A DNA stretch of 24,615 bases from a virus (Duplodnaviria > Caudoviricetes), in the IMG/VR virus record IMGVR_UViG_3300025138_000338, positions 1 through 24,615 of that record; one strand, written 5' to 3'. Position numbers and translations under genes: made by a program. Position 1 is the first letter of the stretch. Each line of letters opens with the position of its first letter. Positions 17,068 to 24,615 of the stretch are shown piece by piece. Under the pieces are notes generated by a model. The model was not told where the DNA came from, searched no databases, and worked only from the letters and a program-made list of their open reading frames with translations.

Positions 17068-18963
17068 TTAACCTTCACAGGCTATACATTCCACATCATC
17101 TAAACGAATCCGTGGTATTTTAGTGTTTACGTTCTCTACGTTTCGTGCCGCATTTGTTCTAAAGTAATACAGCGATTTTAGTTTGTTCATACCATACCAG
17201 TGTACATCATTGACATACTGCATGTATGTGTTGTGTATTTCTTGTGGCTCTGTACTCTTAGGTAAAGTAAAGAATAAATTAACTGACTGTGCTTGACAAA
17301 TAAATTGCTGTCTTTGATATGCATGTTCAACAATCCAGATTTGATTTATCTCATTCGCAGTTTTAAATATTTCTTTTTCGTTATCATTAAGAATATCTAA
17401 GTGTTGTACTGAGCCTTCGTTAGCTGATATGTCTTTCCATATCTTGTCTAGCTCTGTGGTTTTAAGTCCTTTAGATTTAAAAACTTTTTCAAGGTATTTG
17501 TTTTTAACTTGGTAACTACCTGACAAAGTTTTATGAGTATAACAGTTAGCCCTGAAAGGCTCAATAGAAGGGGAAGTACCACTACATATAATCCCACTAC
17601 TAGCGTTAGGAGCAATAGCCAATAGGTTAGTATTCCGCTTGCCTGTACCGTGTACGTCAGGAGCTTCTCCCCTATCTTCAGCAAGTTGTTTAGTAGCTTG
17701 TGTAGCTTGAGCTTTGATATAGGTAAACGCTTTATGGTTAAACCCAGTTGCAAAGATACCCTCGAAAGGAATGCTCCTAGATTGGAGATATGCATGGAAC
17801 CCCATTGCACCCAGTCCAATGCTACGTTCTCTATATGCGGAATACGCAGACTTAGTAAATCCTTCCTTTCCTTTCTTAATATACTTCTGAAATCTTTTAA
17901 AGTTTGCACTGTATTCTCCTAGTTGTTCTGTGTCTACTGCATTGTCAATATAATGTTGTAATATATTATCAAGCATGGTTACTAAATCTTGTATGAAGTT
18001 ATCATCCTTAGACCAAGAATCAAAATGCTCAAGGTTTACAGATGACAAACAACACACGGCTGTTCGTTCTTCGTTGGTGGGTAAAGTAATCTCAGAACAA
18101 AGGTTACTCTGTTGTATTTTTAATCCTAAATCTTTTTGTGTTTTAGGTAGGTGTTGATTACAGGTATCAATGTTTATCATGTAAGGCTCACCTGTCTCTG
18201 CTCTTGCATGTATAATCTGCCACCATAAATCTCTAGCGTTAATTATCTTAACAGCCTCATTAGATTTAGGGTCAATCAATCTCCAGTCTTCATCATGTTC
18301 AACAGCATGTAAGAAAGCATTAGTAATATTAATACCATTGTGAAGATTAAGATTCTTCCTATTGATATCACCACCTGATTCCTTACGCATGTTAATGAAC
18401 TCTTCAATCTCTGGATGACTGATGTCCATGTATGCGGCATAACTTCCTCGTCTTGTAGTGCCTTGATTAAAGGCTAACATCTGTGAGTCTACAACGTGGA
18501 GGAAAGGAATGCTTCCAGTAGAACGAGAGCCATGAGAAGTTGAAATACCGTTGCTCCTAATATCGCCCCAATATCCACCGATGCCTCCACCACTACTTGC
18601 GAGCCATACGTTCTCATCATAGTGAGCAGATAAACCACCCCTGCTGTCAGGAACATAATTGAGAAAACAACTGATAGGAAGCCCACGGCTTGTACCCCCG
18701 TTGCTAAGTATAGGAGTACTGAACATGAACCAACGAGAGGAAGAGTAGCTATAAAGTCTTTGAGCCAATTCAAAATCCGTTTCCCCTTTGTATGTTGCTC
18801 CGTAGACGGAGGCTCTTGCGAATGCTTCTTGTGCATGTGTTTCTTTCTCCCAAAAATATCTATCTTTTAAAGTGTCAAGACTAAACTTATCAAATGTTTT
18901 TTCTTTGTCATAGTCTATCTCAATTCCAAGATAAGGTTTCTTTCCAATTTTATCTTCAACCAT
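17068..18963 (-). CDS. nrdA: Ribonucleotide reductase class I, alpha subunit, no ATP cone (631 aa)
   Basis: ISCF, SNLCSEI, VCCL, APNASS, LYY and C-terminal CIACEG. Start moved to 18963 (MVEDK), which has AAGGA upstream. Confidence 0.96.
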   Translation of the reverse strand: MVEDKIGKKPYLGIEIDYDKEKTFDKFSLDTLKDRYFWEKETHAQEAFARASVYGATYKGETDFELAQRLYSYSSSRWFMFSTPILSNGGTSRGLPISCFLNYVPDSRGGLSAHYDENVWLASSGGGIGGYWGDIRSNGISTSHGSRSTGSIPFLHVVDSQMLAFNQGTTRRGSYAAYMDISHPEIEEFINMRKESGGDINRKNLNLHNGINITNAFLHAVEHDEDWRLIDPKSNEAVKIINARDLWWQIIHARAETGEPYMINIDTCNQHLPKTQKDLGLKIQQSNLCSEITLPTNEERTAVCCLSSVNLEHFDSWSKDDNFIQDLVTMLDNILQHYIDNAVDTEQLGEYSANFKRFQKYIKKGKEGFTKSAYSAYRERSIGLGAMGFHAYLQSRSIPFEGIFATGFNHKAFTYIKAQATQATKQLAEDRGEAPDVHGTGKRNTNLLAIAPNASSGIICSGTSPSIEPFRANCYTHKTLSGSYQVKNKYLEKVFKSKGLKTTELDKIWKDISANEGSVQHLDILNDNEKEIFKTANEINQIWIVEHAYQRQQFICQAQSVNLFFTLPKSTEPQEIHNTYMQYVNDVHWYGMNKLKSLYYFRTNAARNVENVNTKIPRIRLDDVECIACEG

Positions 18964-19240
18964 TATTTGATTCCTTATCAGTATTGTTTGTTTGTACATA
19001 TAAAGCTATTATAGCATAGTGAATAATTTTAAGCAAGTCCATTTTAGATTTACCATTCTTTTTTCCGTATCGCATTGCATACTTCATGATGTTACCCATA
19101 CAAAAACCTTCTCCGTGTCCTGCATCTAGTATCATATCAGTAGCTTGATACTTGCCGTTGGCATAGTGTTGGTCGTATGTTTGATTTACATAGAGTATTA
19201 TATCTTTTATTATTTTATCTTCATCAAATTTATAGTTCAT
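18956..19240 (-). CDS. DUF3310-like phage protein (94 aa; possible nucleotide kinase)
   Basis: HY...YQA.D......GEGFCMGNIMKYAMRYGKKNG....DLLKIIHY pattern. Start moved to 19240 (MNYKF). Confidence 0.7.
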   Translation of the reverse strand: MNYKFDEDKIIKDIILYVNQTYDQHYANGKYQATDMILDAGHGEGFCMGNIMKYAMRYGKKNGKSKMDLLKIIHYAIIALYVQTNNTDKESNNG

Positions 19241-19667
19241 TATTTTTCCATTCGTGAGGTAAACTTTCTTCGTTGTACCATCTAAAGTTATTAGTCTCAG
19301 CCCACTCAGCATGAGTACGTTTAGTTCCATCCTTTCTTTTCTTTGCGGCTGGCATTGGAGCAAAAGGTTTTTGGAATAAGAATACTAATTCGTAACCCTT
19401 TGGTAAAGCCTCCCTTACATGGATGTACTTACTGTACTCTGCAAAATCCCAGAACCTACCCTTTGCTTCTAATAAAATTGTCTTGCCTTTTATTTTCTTA
19501 ACAAAGTCAGGCTCATATTTATGTTTAATTATATAGTCAACTGTATCCCAATGATGCTTCCACTTTTTTAATATGGTGTCGTGAAGTGTAGCTTCCCAGA
19601 TACTATCATATCCTTTTGGGACATTGACTTTTTTTGGTCGAGGTTTTCTCGGTACTCTTCTAGGCAT
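19230..19667 (-). CDS. T7 gp3-like endonuclease I (Holliday junction resolvase)
   Basis: GYDS.WE, KYEPDF, LLEAKGRF and T.AEWAE..NFRW motifs, in a replication module. Confidence 0.85.
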   Translation of the reverse strand: MPRRVPRKPRPKKVNVPKGYDSIWEATLHDTILKKWKHHWDTVDYIIKHKYEPDFVKKIKGKTILLEAKGRFWDFAEYSKYIHVREALPKGYELVFLFQKPFAPMPAAKKRKDGTKRTHAEWAETNNFRWYNEESLPHEWKNNEL

Positions 19668-20472
19668 CAGTAAGAGAGGAGTCGTAGTTCTTAACTAGCT
19701 TCCAGTACTGTAGTATAGAGTTAAACATGTTGAGATGTCTGTCATGTGTCTCATCATCCCACTTGTGACACGCAATTAAACTTGTGTCTTTCCTATCTAC
19801 AAAGATAGAAACTCTCTGAGGATTATCGTAGTTACATCCTTGTGCATAAGCAGACAACTGCATACCGTGTTCATCGTATACTAATTTAGCAGGGTCTTTA
19901 CCTTCTAAGTTATCTTTAGTTTTAAAGTCAACAAAGATACCAGACTTAGAATATAAATCTATCTTACCACCATACCCTATGTCAGCACAAAAAGAATCTT
20001 CAGCTATCCACTCTTCATTAGGAAAATGTTCATCAAGATATTTCTTGATAACTTCATAAGGTTCACTGGTGAACGTACCTAAGAAACCATTCTCAATCAA
20101 GTCATGGATTTGTGTACCCCTTTCGGCGGCTTGCTTTCCAATCTTCTTTGAGTCTTCTTTACAACGATAGACAAAAGAATCAAACGATTCATCTTCGTTA
20201 CGTTCTAAAGTAAGTGCTGAGTTTAAAGCCTGATTAATCTTCCAGTTTTCAAGGGAAGGTTTAGCTATCATACCAATGATGGTAGTAACAGAAGGAACTA
20301 AGTTTAGTTTCTTAGCATCTCTAAGTGTAGTGTTTCTTTCCTTACCGTTAGCACCGATGATGGTATACATGGGTGCACCATCTTGTGCATACCAATGACC
20401 TGACTCAGCCGTGAATTTATTATAATTGTCTAATGTAGATTTGTCAATAGTTTGTTTATTTTTCTTTATCAT
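19660..20472 (-). CDS. PD-(D/E)xK-family exonuclease (Cas4/RecB-like phage nuclease)
   Basis: PSVTTII, AAERGTQIH, YGGKIDL, VDFKTK and QLSAYA motifs. Confidence 0.82.
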   Translation of the reverse strand: MIKKNKQTIDKSTLDNYNKFTAESGHWYAQDGAPMYTIIGANGKERNTTLRDAKKLNLVPSVTTIIGMIAKPSLENWKINQALNSALTLERNEDESFDSFVYRCKEDSKKIGKQAAERGTQIHDLIENGFLGTFTSEPYEVIKKYLDEHFPNEEWIAEDSFCADIGYGGKIDLYSKSGIFVDFKTKDNLEGKDPAKLVYDEHGMQLSAYAQGCNYDNPQRVSIFVDRKDTSLIACHKWDDETHDRHLNMFNSILQYWKLVKNYDSSLTDA

Positions 20473-20878
20473 TTTCTGAATCCTTGAATGCTTTTATAAC
20501 ATCCGATGAGAATAATTTTTGTAGATTAACAAGGAACATTTTACTAGCCTTGTGGTCTCCACCTGCTACAGTCTTAAACGTATCAAGCTTATCTACAATA
20601 GTTCTAAGCACATCTGTTTTAAACACCAAGGTACAAAACTCGTTGTCACCTACACATAAATTATGGAACCAGTAATCCGCTTCGGTAGCCTTGATACCTG
20701 ATGGCTTACCCCAAGATTCATATTCAATACAAATGTTACCTGTCTTTTGCCACATGTCTTTCTCAGACTTTACTTCTATCTTTTTATCAGTCAGCATCTC
20801 TGCTATCTTTTCTTCTCTGACTGTGCCATAAGCCAAATCTATATCAAACTTCTTCCTGTTTTCTTTAGTGGGTTTCAT
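20456..20878 (-). CDS. Conserved-looking phage protein, possible PD-(D/E)xK fold (140 aa)
   Basis: FDIDL..G...E, IEVKSE, TGNICIEYES.GKPSGI.ATEADYW. Overlaps both neighbours. Confidence 0.6.
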   Translation of the reverse strand: MKPTKENRKKFDIDLAYGTVREEKIAEMLTDKKIEVKSEKDMWQKTGNICIEYESWGKPSGIKATEADYWFHNLCVGDNEFCTLVFKTDVLRTIVDKLDTFKTVAGGDHKASKMFLVNLQKLFSSDVIKAFKDSENDKEK

Positions 20879-22598
20879 ACCAGTTCTCTCCTATATTGTA
20901 TTCTCCTGTTAAAGGACAACGCATATTATAATATTTACTTGCTTCTTCTATTGATTCAACACCCATCACACCAACACATTCGGCTTGTGATTCTTTTACT
21001 TCTATCTGCCACTCATCATGTATGTTGGCTACAAACCTAGCATCAAGAGCATTGAGGCTCATCTTTTCTTGTAGGATTGTCATGGCTTTCTTCATAACTA
21101 TTGCACCACCACCTTGTAATAAAGTATTTAGTGCGGCATGTTGACTACGTACATATATCTTTCTACCGTCAAGTCCCTTCAAAAACCCACGTTCAGATGC
21201 TTTCTGTACTCTGTCCTTTAGTATCTTAAGTGATGGTAAGTTTTTAAGAAACGTAGCCTTGAGTTTCTTACCTTGCTTTGCACCACCACCAGATATAGAA
21301 CCTATCTTAGCATCACCTGCCCCATACAAATATGCATAGATGAATGTCTTACTTTCGTTACGAGTTTTAAGTCCTGCTAACTCTTGATTCCTAGTATGTA
21401 TATCTCCATGTGTAACCTCATCAATATAATCTTGGTCATTCATATAGTGTGCTAACATTCTTAGTTCTAATCCACTAGCATCAATACCTACAAGCTTGTA
21501 ACCTTCAGGTACTGTCCAACAAGAACGACACTCTTGTCCATAAGGACTACTAGAGTTTGGAATCTGTGCCATGTTAGGACTACGATGAGTCATTCTAGAT
21601 GTGATTGTACCATTAGGATTTACATACCCATGTACTCTATCACCCTTGAGTTCATCTATCCAAGATGTAACTTGTGCTATACGCTTTTGATAAAGTAAAA
21701 AGTCTGCAATTAATTTAGCTTCATGTATGTGTTCAATCTTTTTGAGAGTTCCCTCATCAACAATGGGCTGACCTGTTGGAGTAAATCTTTCAGGCTTCCA
21801 CCCAAAGTCAATGAGGTACTCACCTATTTGTTTACGACTACCTAAGTTAAACTCAACTAACTTCTGTCTCATAAAAGGTTTAACATTCTGTGTCTTGATA
21901 CAGTTGTTGTACTCATCATCTGTTAGTCCACGTTTAGATAACTCACCATCTTTTCTAATGTAAGGTGTTACTAGCTTGTCATCTATCATCTTAGGTTTGA
22001 ATGTGTTGTGAACTTCTTCTTCAACCCGTAACTGCTTGTCTTTTAATTCAGCAAGCAACTCCATAGCTTTCTTAGTATCAAAGAAGAAACCATTCTTTTC
22101 TTGCTGTCGCATTATCTTAGCAACTCTGTGCTCAAGATTGATTGAGTCTTCACTAAACATCTTACCTTCTTTGAGTAAGTAATTGTATACAACCTCATTT
22201 AGTTTTACATCTTGAACACAGTAGTCTAACATAGCAGGTGTATACTCATCAAAGGTTTCGGGTTGGTCTTGTTTAGCCATACCAACACGCCACCCCCAAG
22301 TCTTTAAGCTATGTCCATTCTCACGAACAGGGTTAAATAATCTTGACATAACTAATGTATCTTCTAACTTGTGTGTTACTTTAGCACCCTGTAGTTTTTG
22401 TATTACTGGTATATCATAACCTATAATGTTATGACCTATAAGAACTTCTGCATTCTCTAAGAATTTAATACCTTCTTCGATTTGCATGTTGTCAAAAGTG
22501 TGTACTGCTCCACCCAACTCTTTAGCTACAATACAGTGTATTACAGTCGGGTCTAAACCATCAGCTTCAATGTCGAATATTATTTTAGAACTGTTCAT
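20865..22598 (-). CDS. Family A DNA polymerase, T7 gp5-like, with 3'-5' exonuclease (577 aa)
   Basis: ExoI FDIEADGL, ExoII GHNIIGYD, ExoIII YCVQDV. Motif A IDASGLELR, motif B KTFIYAYLYG, motif C NIHDE. Start moved to 22598, with GAGGAGG upstream. Confidence 0.96.
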   Translation of the reverse strand: MNSSKIIFDIEADGLDPTVIHCIVAKELGGAVHTFDNMQIEEGIKFLENAEVLIGHNIIGYDIPVIQKLQGAKVTHKLEDTLVMSRLFNPVRENGHSLKTWGWRVGMAKQDQPETFDEYTPAMLDYCVQDVKLNEVVYNYLLKEGKMFSEDSINLEHRVAKIMRQQEKNGFFFDTKKAMELLAELKDKQLRVEEEVHNTFKPKMIDDKLVTPYIRKDGELSKRGLTDDEYNNCIKTQNVKPFMRQKLVEFNLGSRKQIGEYLIDFGWKPERFTPTGQPIVDEGTLKKIEHIHEAKLIADFLLYQKRIAQVTSWIDELKGDRVHGYVNPNGTITSRMTHRSPNMAQIPNSSSPYGQECRSCWTVPEGYKLVGIDASGLELRMLAHYMNDQDYIDEVTHGDIHTRNQELAGLKTRNESKTFIYAYLYGAGDAKIGSISGGGAKQGKKLKATFLKNLPSLKILKDRVQKASERGFLKGLDGRKIYVRSQHAALNTLLQGGGAIVMKKAMTILQEKMSLNALDARFVANIHDEWQIEVKESQAECVGVMGVESIEEASKYYNMRCPLTGEYNIGENWYETH

Positions 22599-24249
22599 TG
22601 TCGAATGTTTCCTCCTCAGATACTTCAAACAATCTACCAGTATCTGAATTATATCGGAGACCACAAGCCAATCCTGTGTCTCCAGTGTACCTAGATTTTA
22701 GTACACGAACCTTAGTAAGGTTAGCTTCTTCAGGGTTACTTGCCTGTTGATTTCTCTCTAGTGCAATCACACAATCTGATAACTGTGCAATACCCTGTGA
22801 ACCTTTGAGATGAGATAGGGATACTTCGATACCCTGCTCATGTCCCTTATCTCCTGCGGCTCTTCGTAAGTGTGATACTAATATCATACCAACACCTGTC
22901 TCTTCTACCAGAGACCTCAAGCGATTCATAAGCATGTCAATACCACGCCTCTCATCACCTTCATGTAACACATTGACTAACATATGTAAGTGGTCAACGA
23001 TTACCCATTTACATTCACAACCTACAATAATATATCTGAGCTTGGCAAAGATATCATCAATGTCAGTAGCTCCTAGATGTGAGTGAATGAATACTCTGCC
23101 AGAAGGAATAGCTTTATCAAACAAACCTAGAAGGTCATCGTCTGAATAGTTTCTACGCTTCTCTGTCAGATAGATTCTATCGTTAGCCTCGATGGATAAA
23201 ATACCATCAGCAGTACGCAACCAGTTCTCTTCAAGGGCTACGATACCTACGTTGTCATCTGTGTTTTTGATAAGCCAATGTTCCAACTCTCTGGTAACAC
23301 TAGACTTACCAAGACCTGTGCCACCTGTAAGTGTGACCAGTTCTCCTTTACGCATACCATATAGTTTCTTGTTAAGTCCTTCCCAAGGGTATGCAATGCT
23401 CTCCTTCTCTTCTCGATGTAACCAATCACCTCTTTGAGATGATAGCTCCATGATACCTGAAGGTGTATATGTCTTGGCGTTCCACCATGCTTGAGTAAAC
23501 TCTGTGAACTTCTTCTGCTTGAGCATCTCATTAGCATCTTTGAATCCGTTAGGGAACGACATGATTCTAGTTTTGTTAGGCTTTAGTATTTTAGCTACAG
23601 CTTTTGCCGCTTCCTTACCTGCCTTGTCATTGTCAAAGCATAGTACTACATTGTCAAAGGATTCAACAAACTCTATGCTTTCACGTATATCTTTTACTGC
23701 TGATGATGCACCACGCTTGACGGATACCACTGCCCACTTACCTTGGAACAGTTCATCCACTGCCATAGCATCACACTCACCTTCAGTAATAGTTAGATAC
23801 TTACCACCTGTATTACCATGTAGTTGTTCTCCGAACAAACCAGTGCCTTCAAATGTTCCATTGCAAGCAAAGTTTTTGTTCTCTACATATCGTGTCTTAG
23901 TACCAACAACCTCGTTACCATTAAAGAATGGATAGATGTGTTGTACTACGTTGTTGTTTCTGTCCTTGACAATCTTAACACCATACTTGGTTGCTGTCTT
24001 TTCAGAGATACCTCTGTCGGTTAGTGAACCATAAGCACCAGTATAGGATGTAAGGAATGTGTTATCGGACTTGGGTTTTGTTGTCATCTCAATCACCTTG
24101 CCTGTTGATTCGTTGTCGTAGTCTGTAAAGAAAGTATCACAACTAAAGCATTTAGCAGAACCATTCTCATTGAGAGAGACTGCATCACTGCTTGAACATT
24201 TAGGACAGGGTAATTTGTGTTTAATGAATTGGGTTCGTTCTTGTATCAT
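22585..24249 (-). CDS. T7 gp4-like primase-helicase
   Basis: Zn finger CPKC...CFSC, TOPRIM ITEGECDAM / FDND, Walker A GGTGLGKS, IVDHLH, LKGSQGIAQLSD, and an acidic tail ending in Phe. Confidence 0.96.
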   Translation of the reverse strand: MIQERTQFIKHKLPCPKCSSSDAVSLNENGSAKCFSCDTFFTDYDNESTGKVIEMTTKPKSDNTFLTSYTGAYGSLTDRGISEKTATKYGVKIVKDRNNNVVQHIYPFFNGNEVVGTKTRYVENKNFACNGTFEGTGLFGEQLHGNTGGKYLTITEGECDAMAVDELFQGKWAVVSVKRGASSAVKDIRESIEFVESFDNVVLCFDNDKAGKEAAKAVAKILKPNKTRIMSFPNGFKDANEMLKQKKFTEFTQAWWNAKTYTPSGIMELSSQRGDWLHREEKESIAYPWEGLNKKLYGMRKGELVTLTGGTGLGKSSVTRELEHWLIKNTDDNVGIVALEENWLRTADGILSIEANDRIYLTEKRRNYSDDDLLGLFDKAIPSGRVFIHSHLGATDIDDIFAKLRYIIVGCECKWVIVDHLHMLVNVLHEGDERRGIDMLMNRLRSLVEETGVGMILVSHLRRAAGDKGHEQGIEVSLSHLKGSQGIAQLSDCVIALERNQQASNPEEANLTKVRVLKSRYTGDTGLACGLRYNSDTGRLFEVSEEETFDNEQF

Positions 24250-24261
24250 TCTATCTCCAGT

Positions 24262-24291
24262 AGAAAAAGGCTAGGCTTTTACACCCAGCCT
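24262..24291 (-). terminator. Intrinsic (rho-independent) terminator
   Basis: The - strand reads AGGCTGGG-TGTAAAAG-CCTAGCCT-TTTTCT: an 8-bp stem with one G:U pair, then a U-tract. It pairs fully only on the - strand. Confidence 0.75.
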
Positions 24292-24298
24292 GTTAAAG

Positions 24299-24550
24299 TT
24301 ATTCAGAATCAGTTTCAGTATCTTCTACCTCTCCTTCTTCTGTCTCAACCATAGCATCAGGGTTTTCTTTCAGCAAGCTTTCAAGATTACCTCTATGCGT
24401 AGCACTAGTAAAGCTTAGTGCCTCAAGCAAGACTTCTAACTGTGACACCTTACTAATTATTACATTAGCATTTGCCCTAACATTCTCGTCTTCAATCTTA
24501 GTCACATCATAAGATGTAACACCATCATCATTTTTAATACTAACAATCAT
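24299..24550 (-). CDS. Hypothetical protein with acidic tail (83 aa)
   Basis: Start moved to 24550 (MIVSIK), with GAGGAG 7 nt upstream, directly after the SSB-like stop. Confidence 0.7.
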   Translation of the reverse strand: MIVSIKNDDGVTSYDVTKIEDENVRANANVIISKVSQLEVLLEALSFTSATHRGNLESLLKENPDAMVETEEGEVEDTETDSE

Positions 24551-24551
24551 A

Positions 24552-24614
24552 TTAAAACTCCTCTGTTTCATCAAAGAACTCAGAGCCATCTTCGGCTTTG
24601 TATTCAATGAGGTC
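24552..24614 (-). CDS. C-terminal end of a T7 gp2.5-like single-stranded DNA-binding protein (partial)
   Basis: Manual translation ...DLIEYKAEDGSEFFDETEEF*: a DL.EY segment, then an acidic tail with terminal Phe, upstream of the primase-helicase. Only 20 residues are visible. Confidence 0.65.
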   Translation of the reverse strand, partial: DLIEYKAEDGSEFFDETEEF

Positions 24615-24615
24615 T

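Noticed and set aside
19660-20472. Cas4 indicating a CRISPR-associated locus
   Set aside because: No four-Cys Fe-S pattern is evident, there are no other cas genes or array, and the context is a standard phage replication module.
170-24024. Short opposite-strand or alternate-frame ORFs in the track (e.g. 170-364, 1813-2280, 4528-4830, 10030-10344, 11456-11779, 13171-13485, 17448-17909, 23504-23935)
   Set aside because: They lie within well-supported genes and have no recognisable motifs, so they are best explained as shadow ORFs.
18964-24607. Extended N-termini given by the ORF track for nrdA (18999), the DUF3310-like gene (19363), the polymerase (22664) and the 102-aa ORF (24607)
   Set aside because: Downstream ATGs remove long overlaps, start where the family motifs begin and mostly have clear SD sequences.
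1-24615. tRNAs, introns/inteins, repeated phage RNA-polymerase promoters
   Set aside because: The window has almost no intergenic space, nrdA, nrdB, polymerase and helicase are uninterrupted, and I saw no repeated ~20-bp promoter motif by eye.

Overview
A segment of a lytic, T7-like (podovirus-type) bacteriophage genome, probably marine, with two convergent arms. The + arm (1-15860) is one tightly coupled run of putative internal-virion/ejection proteins, a lysis cassette (T4-type lysozyme, 3-TM holin-like protein, two small membrane proteins) and then an accessory module: csgF-like, csgG-like lipoprotein, secreted curlin-like protein, exported FecR-domain protein, a 26-codon ORF, and a CHASE2/3TM class III adenylate cyclase. 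The - arm (15857-24615) is a T7-like replication and nucleotide module: SSB tail, primase-helicase, family A DNA polymerase (Tyr762 type), nucleases, a DUF3310-like protein and class I ribonucleotide reductase. The main candidate for a new system is the accessory module. It looks like a phage-encoded trans-envelope signalling chain (outer-membrane curli-type pore, surface curlin-like protein, periplasmic FecR-like relay, inner-membrane cAMP generator) placed directly behind the lysis genes. All calls come from motif recognition by eye; no database searches were run.
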